DNA of 64,000 nt from Gemmatimonadota bacterium. GTDB lineage: Bacteria > JBHIER01 > G020348925. Below the pieces are notes generated by a model, which was given only the letters and a program-made list of their open reading frames with translations, had not been told where the DNA came from and searched no databases. A program made the translations under genes and the position numbers. Below, piece after piece: positions 39,657-49,566 of this stretch. The first letter of the stretch is position 1. The number at the start of each line of letters is the position of its first letter. Location: positions 2,743,688 through 2,807,687 of the forward strand of contig CP070758.1 in assembly GCA_020348925.1 (NCBI GenBank), read 5' to 3'.

Positions 39657-41981
39657 TCATCGATCCAGAACCTGAAACAGCTTTTCATGCAACATGATAT
39701 TGAGCGCAATCATTTCAAGCCGCTGGGTGAGAGTTTCATAGACATGATCCGGGAAATGACCACGTTGATATTCGCCCTTTAGATAAACATTGAACGTGCT
39801 CACACCCGCCTCCAATTGAAGAATGTCTTCCGTGGTACAAGGACAATACGTTTTGGGGAACGAATCCCGAAAAGTGTTCATCTGTTCCGCAAGTCTTTCA
39901 AGGGGCGGTTTCAAGATATATTTCTTCAAACCACGGGTAAAATAATCGACGCGCGACTCGAAATCGGTCAGCTGCTGGTTGAGCAACGGCCCCAGAAACA
40001 ATTCGTGTGTTGCTGGTGTAACAGACAAGAAGAGAGGAAGTTGTGACAATTGTGTCAAGTAATTGTCGATACGAAATGGCCCGCTCAGGACCTCCCCTGA
40101 CCAGAAGTCCATCCATTTGCCTTCAGGAATGTATATGGACCGGATATTCCCGGGTCTGTACATCGGTGCCACAAGGAGCTCCTCGCCCAGCATATATTCG
40201 AACTCCTCCTCCCAGGCGTATGAATCGTCGGGGAAGTGCCAGCAGAGGGGCCGAATCATGGGATCGCCCTCCTGAACTGCTACATTCGCGTAATGCCAGA
40301 GATACGGAAACATGTGGGCATGAAGCTGGGCATATCGTCTGAAGATACCGACCGTCTCACTGTCGAACATCCACGGTTCGTGGTACGATTTTCCGCCGAC
40401 CTCCATAATGGGGCAGAACGCGCCAAATTGCGTCCAGCGTATGAAGAGTTCCCTGTGCGGACCCCAGCGGTATCCGCCGACGTCCGATCCCCAGAAGGGA
40501 AAACCACAGATGGCCATGCTCTGACCACCACGGATGACCGACGGCAGCCCCCTATCCATGTCCCAGTCCGCATTCTGATCCGCTCCCCAGTGAACGGGAA
40601 CATACTTTTGTGAGCCGGGCCAGCCCGCCCGGGACTTGATCACATAATCACCCGGCTTTTCCCGTTCCATGAGATCGTGGACAGCTTTGTAGTAGAGTAG
40701 CGGATAATGTTTCACCTGTCGTCCGATTTTTCCGTTATGCAACCGGGCGTCATCGGGCAGATGCTCTCCATCATCCATCTTGAATCCGTCGAAACCAAGA
40801 TCGATCACTTTTTTGAGCTGGTCCTGCCACCATTCGACTGCCTCAGGATTGGTAAAATCGATCATGCCTCCGGTTCGGTCCGAATGCAATCCCATCTCAT
40901 CCGTACCCGACGGTCTCCACCATCTCACCTGATAAACTTCACCCTCAGGTGTTTTGACGAAATAATCATTCCGCTCGGCCTCAGAGTAATTATCAGCATA
41001 TGGATTAATAAAGGGAACAATCCACAAAAGAACCTTATATCCCATTTCATGCAGGTCAAAAATCAAGCGCTCAGGATCGGGAAACTGATTTGGATTGAAC
41101 TCATAGTCGATATACTCGTTGGACCAGGGGCTGTCGATAAAAATCACACTGGCCGGAATGTCGAGGGATTGCAGCATGGTGGCATCCTCGTAAACCTCCT
41201 TCTCGTTCCAGACCCAGTCACGCCACTTCCACATACCGAAAGCCCATTCAGGGGGTAACATCATGCGACCCGTTATCTCAGTATAATGTCTGGAGATTTC
41301 GGCAGGTTGAGGGCCGTACATCCAGTAGTATGTGAGACTGTCTCCTTCCGCCCAAAAGACGAGGGTGGAGTTATCACTTGTACAAAAATCGACTGTAAAT
41401 ATGCCATTCGTTTCGATATAAATGCCATATCCATTGCTGCTCACATAGAAGGGAAGAGGTACTGTGAATTCCTGATCGTCGGTCGGGATCTCCTGCCCTC
41501 TCAATTCCAATCCGTTAAAGCGCTGACCCATGCCCCGGTATTTCTCATTCGGTTCTGATACAAGGGCCAATCCAAGGGACTGAACAGTTTTGTTCTGGGG
41601 AGCTGAGATGTTCACTTTCAAAACCGACTCATTGACACTCTCAATTATTATCTGCACCGGGTTCCCAGAACGGGAGGATGCTTCGATTGAGTATCGTTCT
41701 CCTTCCTGGATCGAAGTGACATTCACAATAGGATCCCATCCCTGATCGTTATAGATTCCCCATGAACTCTCCTCATCAGCAGCATGAGGAATGGTTTCTG
41801 AAATACGTTTGCCTGAATCGTCACTCAGAATGAGTTGAAAGGGGCTCCTTTTGATATCAAGGATTATGTTTTCTGTACGAAGGACGATTGGTCTTGGTTT
41901 TTCCCCAAATGAGCTTGTGAAAAGAGACAGACTGCCAAAGAGCAACCACATCAGTATGTATCCTGTATTCACTTTCGACAT
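39657..41981 (-). CDS. Secreted GH31 alpha-glycosidase
   Basis: GMGQRF; PLPFYVSSNGYG; DFTNPEAVEWW; GFKMDDGE (nucleophile); HWGADQ; WGSDVGGY; ELFIRWTQFG. Confidence 0.92.
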   Translation of the reverse strand: MSKVNTGYILMWLLFGSLSLFTSSFGEKPRPIVLRTENIILDIKRSPFQLILSDDSGKRISETIPHAADEESSWGIYNDQGWDPIVNVTSIQEGERYSIEASSRSGNPVQIIIESVNESVLKVNISAPQNKTVQSLGLALVSEPNEKYRGMGQRFNGLELRGQEIPTDDQEFTVPLPFYVSSNGYGIYIETNGIFTVDFCTSDNSTLVFWAEGDSLTYYWMYGPQPAEISRHYTEITGRMMLPPEWAFGMWKWRDWVWNEKEVYEDATMLQSLDIPASVIFIDSPWSNEYIDYEFNPNQFPDPERLIFDLHEMGYKVLLWIVPFINPYADNYSEAERNDYFVKTPEGEVYQVRWWRPSGTDEMGLHSDRTGGMIDFTNPEAVEWWQDQLKKVIDLGFDGFKMDDGEHLPDDARLHNGKIGRQVKHYPLLYYKAVHDLMEREKPGDYVIKSRAGWPGSQKYVPVHWGADQNADWDMDRGLPSVIRGGQSMAICGFPFWGSDVGGYRWGPHRELFIRWTQFGAFCPIMEVGGKSYHEPWMFDSETVGIFRRYAQLHAHMFPYLWHYANVAVQEGDPMIRPLCWHFPDDSYAWEEEFEYMLGEELLVAPMYRPGNIRSIYIPEGKWMDFWSGEVLSGPFRIDNYLTQLSQLPLFLSVTPATHELFLGPLLNQQLTDFESRVDYFTRGLKKYILKPPLERLAEQMNTFRDSFPKTYCPCTTEDILQLEAGVSTFNVYLKGEYQRGHFPDHVYETLTQRLEMIALNIMLHEKLFQVLDR

Positions 41982-41999
41982 TTTTCAAAACCCCGCCTC

Positions 42000-42764
42000 T
42001 CAGAATCCAGGTTGAAAATTGACTTCACTCCAATCCCGCTCTCCTTCCCGAAGTCCGCACAGAATCCAGACAAAGTTGATCCCGCAGGAAGGCACACCGA
42101 CATTCTGATGATATCCTTCTTTTATAATGACCGCATCGTCTTCAAACACGGGAAGCATTGCTTCAGGATCGCCTCCGTCTGTATAAACACACTGGATACC
42201 AAAGTTTGGCCGGGGCATGTCAAAGTAAAGATAGACTTCCTCCTTGGAGGCCGCATGCTCGTGAGGCGGCCAGCTGGTCCAGTTCCCCTCTTTTCCAAAG
42301 GTAACACCTATCAACAATCTCGAAGCTTCCACATTCGTACCGATGATTGTGTACAACTCCCGCATGAATGTCTCCTCACCAAGGGTCTGATGAAGTTCAG
42401 GGTCATTTTTTACTTTGGAAAAGGGGACATAAGCCGGATCATACTTCTTCGTAACCGGCGCAATGCACTCCACCAGATCCAACTTTTCATCAGTCCGAAC
42501 CTTGAACTGGCATTTCTGAGGGGTGTAGACACCATCAAAGGGCGATACATCAAAGGTCTGTCCATCCACTTCAATCCGTCCATTCCCGTGGAGACAAATG
42601 AGAGAAATTTCATTCTCGTCTGTTTCAACAGCGATTGGTTCCATACCACTCTCGAGAAGAATTCGTCCGACGGATAAGAACTCGAGATCTGTATTATCAG
42701 GTGTTATGGAAACAGAACGTCCCTTTTGAGCAGCCGTATTTTTTATTAACCATGGATGTTCCAT
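42000..42764 (-). CDS. KduI/IolB-family isomerase (IolB-like)
   Basis: GNWTSWPPHEH; KEEVYLY; GYHQNV; cupin-like, about 254 aa. Confidence 0.85.
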   Translation of the reverse strand: MEHPWLIKNTAAQKGRSVSITPDNTDLEFLSVGRILLESGMEPIAVETDENEISLICLHGNGRIEVDGQTFDVSPFDGVYTPQKCQFKVRTDEKLDLVECIAPVTKKYDPAYVPFSKVKNDPELHQTLGEETFMRELYTIIGTNVEASRLLIGVTFGKEGNWTSWPPHEHAASKEEVYLYFDMPRPNFGIQCVYTDGGDPEAMLPVFEDDAVIIKEGYHQNVGVPSCGINFVWILCGLREGERDWSEVNFQPGF

Positions 42765-42843
42765 GACCTCTTCTCCTTTCCGCTTTATTATAAAACGCCT
42801 GATCTTAAAAGTTGAGCATATCTCATATGTATCATAGTGAGCG

Positions 42844-42930
42844 TGTCATCTGAGCGAAGCGGAGTTGAAGAACCTGAAATGCTCGCAGTGTGAACAAGAT
42901 CCTTCGCTCCCTTTGGTCGCTCAGAATGAC
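42844..42930. repeat. REP-like palindromic element (GTCATxCTGAG family)
   Basis: TGTCATCTGAGCGAAGC...AGATCCTTCGC...CGCTCAGAATGAC with inverted ends; related half-site TGTCATACTGAGCGAAGC at 16377-16394. Confidence 0.7.
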
Positions 42931-43017
42931 TACTTAAACGAACCGAGATTTTGTGCTTGATTCACCACACTTAATCATAATGAAATATTTGTCATGCTGC
43001 TTGAAAAACCTCGTCAT

Positions 43018-44436
43018 TCAGTCCAATTTATATGCCTTTTTTACTAGATCATACGCGAGAGCGTGACTTAAGCTTTCTGCTTCACGCTTATCTATAATAT
43101 GGCGTGCAACCAAGCTTGCCAAAAAATTGGAGTCAATTCGACGTGACACGTCATGTCGTGCCGGAATCGAGGGGAAAGCCCGGGTGTCATCATTGAAGCC
43201 GACTGTATTATACACTCCCGCTGTTTCAATAACCCTTTGGCGAAATCGTGTCATGCCTTCAATACTGTCATGGAACCACCACGGAGGACCCAACCGCATT
43301 GCCGGGTAATGTCCTGCCAGGGGCGCAAGCTCCCGAGAGTAAGTCGATTCATCAAGCGTGAAAACAATGAGTGTCAGACGCATATCATTGCCGTAGACAT
43401 TCAATAATTCCTTCAGATTGTGCGTATATTCAGTCTGGATTGGGATGTCGCACCCTTTATCGGTTCCGAATTTCTCATAAACGGCCAGATTGTGATCACG
43501 ATAGGACCCCGGGTGAATCTGCATGACCAGGCCGTCCTCGATACTCATCCGGGCGAACTCCATGAGCATGTGGGCTGTGAAGTCCGCGCAATCTTCTGTC
43601 GTCGACTCAGCCCGGAGTGCCCTCTGGAAGATCGATTCCACTTCATTCTCACTAAAACGATGGGTATACGGAACCAGAACGGCATGATCCGTGGATGTCG
43701 CCCCCATGGATTTGAAAAATGTACGCCGTTTTTCCAGAGCTTCGATGTACCTTCGATAAGAATCGATCTCTATTCTCGCCGTTTCACTCAACAGCTCAAT
43801 ATTCGATATCCAGTCCGGTGAAGCGATATCGACCACGGCATCGGGACGGAAACAGGGAATGACCCGACCATCCCACTCCGATTCCCTAATGGTTTGATGA
43901 TGTTCCAGCGTATCCGTTGCTTTATCCGTTGTAGACAAGACCTCGATGTTGAATCGATCGTACAATGCTCTGGGAAGATATGCCGGCGTTTTCAGTTTCT
44001 CCTGGATTTGATCGTAGATGTTTTGGGCAGTCTCTTTATTCAGTTTCTCTTCAATGCCGAACACCTCTTTCAATTCGTGGGCCAGCCATACCCCTGTCGG
44101 TGTCCCGGCGAAGAGGGAGAAGTGTTCGCCAAAGATCTGCCATATCTTCCGGTGATCCGTCTCGGTCCACGATCCATCAACGGTGGGTACTCCCAGAGAT
44201 TCCATCAGTTTTCCCTGGGAATAGAGCATTCTGAAAATATAATGGTCAGGAATGAAGATCAATTCCGTCGGATCCGGGAAAGGGCTATTCTCCGAAAAAA
44301 GCCTGGGATCCACGTGCCCGTGCGGGCTGATAATAGGCAGATCTTTCACCCCTTCATACAGCTCACGGGCGATTTTACGAATTGACGGATCCGGATCGAA
44401 AAAGCGGTTCTCATTCAAAATTATTTTCTCTGTCAT
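43018..44436 (-). CDS. uxaC: Uronate (glucuronate/galacturonate) isomerase
   Basis: LPIISPHGHVDP; PDHYIFRMLYSQG; FRPD; MQIHPG; LGPPWWFHDS; GFNDDTRAF; ARHDVSRR. Confidence 0.96.
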   Translation of the reverse strand: MTEKIILNENRFFDPDPSIRKIARELYEGVKDLPIISPHGHVDPRLFSENSPFPDPTELIFIPDHYIFRMLYSQGKLMESLGVPTVDGSWTETDHRKIWQIFGEHFSLFAGTPTGVWLAHELKEVFGIEEKLNKETAQNIYDQIQEKLKTPAYLPRALYDRFNIEVLSTTDKATDTLEHHQTIRESEWDGRVIPCFRPDAVVDIASPDWISNIELLSETARIEIDSYRRYIEALEKRRTFFKSMGATSTDHAVLVPYTHRFSENEVESIFQRALRAESTTEDCADFTAHMLMEFARMSIEDGLVMQIHPGSYRDHNLAVYEKFGTDKGCDIPIQTEYTHNLKELLNVYGNDMRLTLIVFTLDESTYSRELAPLAGHYPAMRLGPPWWFHDSIEGMTRFRQRVIETAGVYNTVGFNDDTRAFPSIPARHDVSRRIDSNFLASLVARHIIDKREAESLSHALAYDLVKKAYKLD

Positions 44437-44472
44437 TGACAATATTTCTTTCCTTATTTTAAGCTTTCCGAA

Positions 44473-45762
44473 CTAATACGAAACAGCGATGGGATTGTTC
44501 AATTGCATAACTGTTTCTTTCAGATAACGATGAAACTCTTCCTTCGTTCGAATTCCATCAGGTTCCTGTGCCCAGGCAGCTAAGAAATAGTACGTCACAC
44601 ATCCGTTCCTTGGTCTCAGGAGTAAAACGTGACTGAGGCTATCCTCCCTCAGATCCAAAAAATCCTCTTTTCTAAATAAGATTGCCGTCCCTAATTTGTC
44701 GTTGGCCAAACTTTGCAGGCCGTAGAGACCAAAGTAGCCCCATCCCTCATCATCTTTATTTTCAGAATACAACACATCACATTGGGTATGCTTCGCCAAA
44801 CCAGTACATACATTCTTCGGATTTTCAGAGATTTGAATTATATGTTTCGTCAGTCGACTCCCCGCTGAAATGGACAGATTGGAATTGAGATCATATCTAT
44901 CAGAGCCGACATTCCATCCATAGTACTCTGTTTCAATTTGAGAATGAACCGGCCCATTGGCAATGATTTGACAGGTAATGCTATCGGTCTCTGAGACCAT
45001 GTGAACCTTTCCATCCTGCCACATGCCGACCGAACCGATACCCAGGGATTCTCCCACTTTGAAAATATCCATACCCCAGTCAGCCATCTCATGATATGAA
45101 TCGAATCCATCAAGCCCGACAGTATGCAACACCATATCGGATGTCTTCTTCCCGAAAATATCAATGGCATTTCGCCAGTCCAGATAAAATCGATACCCGA
45201 CCCTGTCTGATTCCCATCCCGGTCCCTCATACCGAAAGTACGTGCTGTGATCGGTATGTTCCGGTGGAACCCGAACAAACTGGACGTTTCTGAATTCACC
45301 GCCTTCATATTCTTTATCGACAAATCTCCCTCCCACTTTATGTGATATTTCAGCCTGAGTTCTTTTGGAATACTCCCTCCTTCTTTTTCCAGTTGCAGCA
45401 TAATGGAGAACCAATTCCTTTTTCTCGTGGGGAAGAAAGTCGCTCATAAAAATAATGTAATTTTTTTGACCGGTGCCGTTCAAGTCAATTGCTTGGCTGG
45501 CCATTTCAGTTCCATCGCAATGAACAACAAAAGCCTCAGCATTAAAATCCGGATACGTATTTATAATCGCTCCCACATCCATAGATACCGGACTGTCTCT
45601 TCTTTCCAAATTTATGGTATTTTGAATAGAAATAGGAAACGATTTTGGAAATTCTCTTTTCAGCTCGGTTGTTTCCTTACTCTCTTTCTGGCAACTTGTG
45701 GTGAAAGCAATGACAACAATACTCAATCTCAATAGAAATCCAACGAATCGATTATTATTCAT
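44473..45762 (-). CDS. DUF4861-like lipoprotein
   Basis: Lipobox FTTSC; YEGPGWESDRVGYRFYLDWRNAIDIFGK; WGMDIFKVGESLGIG. Confidence 0.8.
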   Translation of the reverse strand: MNNNRFVGFLLRLSIVVIAFTTSCQKESKETTELKREFPKSFPISIQNTINLERRDSPVSMDVGAIINTYPDFNAEAFVVHCDGTEMASQAIDLNGTGQKNYIIFMSDFLPHEKKELVLHYAATGKRRREYSKRTQAEISHKVGGRFVDKEYEGGEFRNVQFVRVPPEHTDHSTYFRYEGPGWESDRVGYRFYLDWRNAIDIFGKKTSDMVLHTVGLDGFDSYHEMADWGMDIFKVGESLGIGSVGMWQDGKVHMVSETDSITCQIIANGPVHSQIETEYYGWNVGSDRYDLNSNLSISAGSRLTKHIIQISENPKNVCTGLAKHTQCDVLYSENKDDEGWGYFGLYGLQSLANDKLGTAILFRKEDFLDLREDSLSHVLLLRPRNGCVTYYFLAAWAQEPDGIRTKEEFHRYLKETVMQLNNPIAVSY

Positions 45763-45810
45763 ATTCCTCTCTCCGTTCACTCCATCTCAGTGTTGTATGA
45801 TATTTTTCAC

Positions 45811-46590
45811 TTAACGTGCCATCCATCCCCCATCGACAACAAGAATATGACCGCTCACGTAGTCGGATGCCTCCGAAGCGAGGAAAACCACAGCCCCTTT
45901 TAGATCCTCGGGCTTTCCCCACCGTCCGGCTGGAATGCGATCCGAGATTTCTTTGAACCTGACTTCATTTTCACGCAACTTTTCCGTCATATCCGTCACA
46001 TAGTAACCGGGCGCGATGGCATTGACAGTGATGCCGTGGGCAGCCCATTCATTCGACAGGGCCTTGGTCAACTGGGCGACACCACCCTTGCTGGCCGCGT
46101 ATGCCGGAATCGTAATGCCTCCAAAGAAACTGAGGAGTGAGGCAATGTTAATGATCTTGCCCCGTTTCTGCTTCAGCATCACTTTTCCAACTTCTTTGCA
46201 AAAAAGAAACGTCCCATTCAGATTCACATCCAAAACAGCATTCCAATCATCGTAAGAAAACTCTTCTGCAGGGCTTCGACGTATCACTCCGGCACAATTG
46301 AGAAGAATATCGATTCGACCGAACTCTTCGACCGTTCTCTCGACAACTTTTTTTACCTGCGGGTGGTCGGTCACGTCACACGCCATGGGAATTGATTTTT
46401 TCCCCAATTTAGTAATTGTCTCCACGATTCCTTCAAGGTTTTCCAGCCTCGTAGCGACAGCCACAATATCCGCACCTGCCTCTGCCAGACCTTCTGTCAT
46501 GACCATGCCCAATCCCCGGCTCGCCCCGGTCACGAGGGCCACTTTACCGTCCAAACGAAATGCATCTACAATGGAAGATCGATTTCCCAT
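45811..46590 (-). CDS. kduD: 2-dehydro-3-deoxy-D-gluconate 5-dehydrogenase
   Basis: TGASRGLG; GVIRRSPAEEF; KIINIASLLSFFGGITIPAYAASKGGVAQLTKALSNEWA; VDGGWMAR. Confidence 0.9.
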   Translation of the reverse strand: MGNRSSIVDAFRLDGKVALVTGASRGLGMVMTEGLAEAGADIVAVATRLENLEGIVETITKLGKKSIPMACDVTDHPQVKKVVERTVEEFGRIDILLNCAGVIRRSPAEEFSYDDWNAVLDVNLNGTFLFCKEVGKVMLKQKRGKIINIASLLSFFGGITIPAYAASKGGVAQLTKALSNEWAAHGITVNAIAPGYYVTDMTEKLRENEVRFKEISDRIPAGRWGKPEDLKGAVVFLASEASDYVSGHILVVDGGWMAR

Positions 46591-46611
46591 TGTTCATTCC
46601 TCCAGTCATTA

Positions 46612-47772
46612 CTATTCATCTCTACAATAGACCTCTTTACCTGCGATAAAAGTTTTATTAATTTCCAGTTCGGATTCACCTATTTTAAACAGAATCAGAT
46701 CCGCTCTCTTACCCAATTTCAATTCCCCAATATTATTTAGATTGTTTAGAGAAGCCGGATTCGTACTTGCCATCCGGATTGCATCTTCCAATGAACACCC
46801 GATGAATTCCATCATCTTTCGTACACCTTTGCTAAGCGGGAAAGAAGCGCCGGCTAACACATTCTGATCCGGGTATTGTATCATTCCACCGGGCGTTACT
46901 ACTACTGCATCATCGTTCCAGGGATATTCACCCGCGGGCATTCCGGCAAGTTCAGTAATATCCGATATAATGACGAGATGCTCTGAACCCTTGACTTTGT
47001 GAAACACCTGTACCTCTTCGGGCCGAAGATGAAAACCATCAACGATGATACTTGCCATGAGTCGATCATCGGCCAGTTGGGCCCAGAGGGGATTGTTATG
47101 GCGGTGGATCATGTTGGAACACCCATTTCCCAGGTGTGTGGCGATGACTGCACCGCAATCAATTGCCCGACGAACAATCTGGGTTGAGGCGTTATGGTGA
47201 CCGATCGCGACAATAATTCCGTTCTTTGTACAATTTCTGATGAAATCCATTGCCCCCTCTACCTCAGGAGCGATGGTAACTTGCAGGATTTTGTTTTCCG
47301 CTGCCTCATTCACTTTTACAAACTCATCCCAATCAGGGACTCGGATCCAAGCTCTGTTATGGGCACCTCTATATCCATCCTCCGGAGAAAGGTACGGACC
47401 CTCCAGATGAAAGCCTGGAATTGAAGGGCCAATGTCGGTCTCATGCGTTGCCGCGGCCAGAAGGGAAAAATTCTCACACAGTCTCTCATGGGAACTCGTG
47501 ATCACTGTTGGCAGATAGGTTGTCACTCCGAATTGCCACATCGCCCGGGTTACAGATCGTACTCCATCTACAGTAAGATCTGTGGAAGCAAACCCAACTG
47601 AATTGTAGCCGTTCACCTGGTTGTCTATCAATCCGGGAGCAACATAGACATCATGGAATTTTGAATCATTCACTCGTTCTTTTACGACAATATCGCTGAT
47701 AGAGCCATCAACAATCTCGATGGAAACAGGTTTTCCGTGTATATACGACAATCCTTCTACCGTTCTCTTCAT
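46612..47772 (-). CDS. nagA: N-acetylglucosamine-6-phosphate deacetylase
   Basis: PGLIDNQVNG; GVTTYLPT; HLEGPY; TIAPE; THLGNG; IVDGFH; ASTNPA; GKRADL. Confidence 0.9.
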   Translation of the reverse strand: MKRTVEGLSYIHGKPVSIEIVDGSISDIVVKERVNDSKFHDVYVAPGLIDNQVNGYNSVGFASTDLTVDGVRSVTRAMWQFGVTTYLPTVITSSHERLCENFSLLAAATHETDIGPSIPGFHLEGPYLSPEDGYRGAHNRAWIRVPDWDEFVKVNEAAENKILQVTIAPEVEGAMDFIRNCTKNGIIVAIGHHNASTQIVRRAIDCGAVIATHLGNGCSNMIHRHNNPLWAQLADDRLMASIIVDGFHLRPEEVQVFHKVKGSEHLVIISDITELAGMPAGEYPWNDDAVVVTPGGMIQYPDQNVLAGASFPLSKGVRKMMEFIGCSLEDAIRMASTNPASLNNLNNIGELKLGKRADLILFKIGESELEINKTFIAGKEVYCRDE

Positions 47773-49565
47773 CTTTTTTCTCTTATCTTTGCCACTTCAA
47801 TCCCCGCCACCATCACTGCGCCCAGGCCTCTGGGATCGTGATCAAAGGTGGGACGGTTGAAATAGAAGTCAAGATCATATCCCATGCCGGTTCCCCTGCA
47901 GATACCATGAATCGTACCATCTTCATCAATCTTACTTTTCAGTGCACTCCAGCCCTTGAATGCATGTTCCTTAAATTCTTCGTCTATCCAGCCTTTTCGC
48001 ACTCCTCTTGCCATACCCAACACGAACATCGCTGTGCACGATGTTTCCTCGTAGGATTCAGAATGGTCCAGCACCTGATGCCACATGCCGCTTACATCCT
48101 GATAGCGGCTCAGCCCATCGATATGTTTCTGAAATATACGTAAAACACGCTCGTACTGAGGATGGTCCTCCGGCAGATGTGTGAGGGCTTCGGCCATGGC
48201 CCAGCACACCCAGCCGTTGGCTCTCCCCCAAAAAGCGATGGACGGTTTCTCCGTCTGCTGAAACCATCCGTGGTAGAAAAGACCGGCATCGGAATCGAAA
48301 AGTCGCTTCGCAAAGAGCAGGACCTGCTGGGCTGCATCGTCATAATATTCGTACGTTTCAGTTAATTTTCCCACCCGGACGAGGAAAGGCACACTCATGA
48401 AAAGATCATCGGCCCAGACCGTCATGGGAACGGGCTCGGGCCGGCAAAATGTGCCGTCCTCCAGGCGGACTTGTTCGTGGCTGACATACGCCGCAACGGA
48501 ATCGATGATATCCCGATAGGTTTGTGTTTCTTCGCGCAGATACATCTCAAGAAGGGGCAAGCAGGCGGCGCCGGTATCATCGAGCATTGTCCTTCTGAAA
48601 AACTTGTGATAACTCCCTCGGTAAGCACGGAGGTAATGGTATTGCCACTCGAAGTAGTCGAGATGCTCAATCATGAAATCACAGGAATGCCGGACGAAAT
48701 TCAGAAATCGGCCCTGACCGGTGAAATCGGCGACGTGCAGCATGCCGAACATGGTTCCCCCGTGAGCATAGTGCCAGTCCAGATAGGAATCCCTTCTGTA
48801 TGAGCTGGCGGGATCGATTTTCAATTCCAGGAGCGTCCGTTCTCTCTGTGGCCTCCAGACGTAGACTGCATTCCCCAGGGTGTAATAGGGCTTCAATTCC
48901 TGCTCAGGCGGAAAAATCTCATCGAGAGCCGTGCGAACATTATAGTGCCCGGTCGGTGTAAAGGGTCCGATACAAAGCCACCGTACCGATTCCAATTCAG
49001 GTGCAAAGGGATCGATGGTAAATTCTACAGACTTGTTGTAATCACCCTCAGGCGTTATGGGACGAAACAGAAAGCCCCAATCACCTTCGGCGGAACCCGC
49101 TTTGATCAGAATCGTGTTGACCCCCTTTTTCAAATGTACTCGGATGGTATCCGGAAAAACAAAGATATTATAAGCGATCTCCTTCGTTTCCGACTCCAAT
49201 CTCTCCTTCCGTTGAGATACAAGTCGATCATTGCACCAAATTTTAAACCCGCCATTGCAATCAAGGCCGAAGAGAACGTCTCGCGCTTCCTCCGACTTCA
49301 CATAGGTCAGGGCGTAGGCAATCGCCTTCTCTCTGTACTCGAACAGCGCAGCGAAATCCACAAACTCCACACCCACGTTGTACGTTTGCGGCCTGACGAC
49401 CAATTCAAAACGAGACTCGGCGATAATTTTGTCGGCCACTGCCGTTACAATTTCGACCGGTGTTCTCACATCCTCACCAGTACAATCAACCGCCCTGTGA
49501 TGCAAACACGTGACCACCAGAGCGAAACAAAGAAAAATTCGGTTTGAATTGATCCTCACTCTCAT
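47769..49565 (-). CDS. GH105-type unsaturated uronyl hydrolase with an extra N-terminal beta-rich domain
   Basis: DWHYAHG; MLDDTG; WADDLFMSVPFL; GLFYHGW; FWGRANGW; GMWHQVLD; EETSCTAMF; ICRGTG. Confidence 0.88.
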   Translation of the reverse strand: MRVRINSNRIFLCFALVVTCLHHRAVDCTGEDVRTPVEIVTAVADKIIAESRFELVVRPQTYNVGVEFVDFAALFEYREKAIAYALTYVKSEEARDVLFGLDCNGGFKIWCNDRLVSQRKERLESETKEIAYNIFVFPDTIRVHLKKGVNTILIKAGSAEGDWGFLFRPITPEGDYNKSVEFTIDPFAPELESVRWLCIGPFTPTGHYNVRTALDEIFPPEQELKPYYTLGNAVYVWRPQRERTLLELKIDPASSYRRDSYLDWHYAHGGTMFGMLHVADFTGQGRFLNFVRHSCDFMIEHLDYFEWQYHYLRAYRGSYHKFFRRTMLDDTGAACLPLLEMYLREETQTYRDIIDSVAAYVSHEQVRLEDGTFCRPEPVPMTVWADDLFMSVPFLVRVGKLTETYEYYDDAAQQVLLFAKRLFDSDAGLFYHGWFQQTEKPSIAFWGRANGWVCWAMAEALTHLPEDHPQYERVLRIFQKHIDGLSRYQDVSGMWHQVLDHSESYEETSCTAMFVLGMARGVRKGWIDEEFKEHAFKGWSALKSKIDEDGTIHGICRGTGMGYDLDFYFNRPTFDHDPRGLGAVMVAGIEVAKIREKR

Positions 49566-49566
49566 A

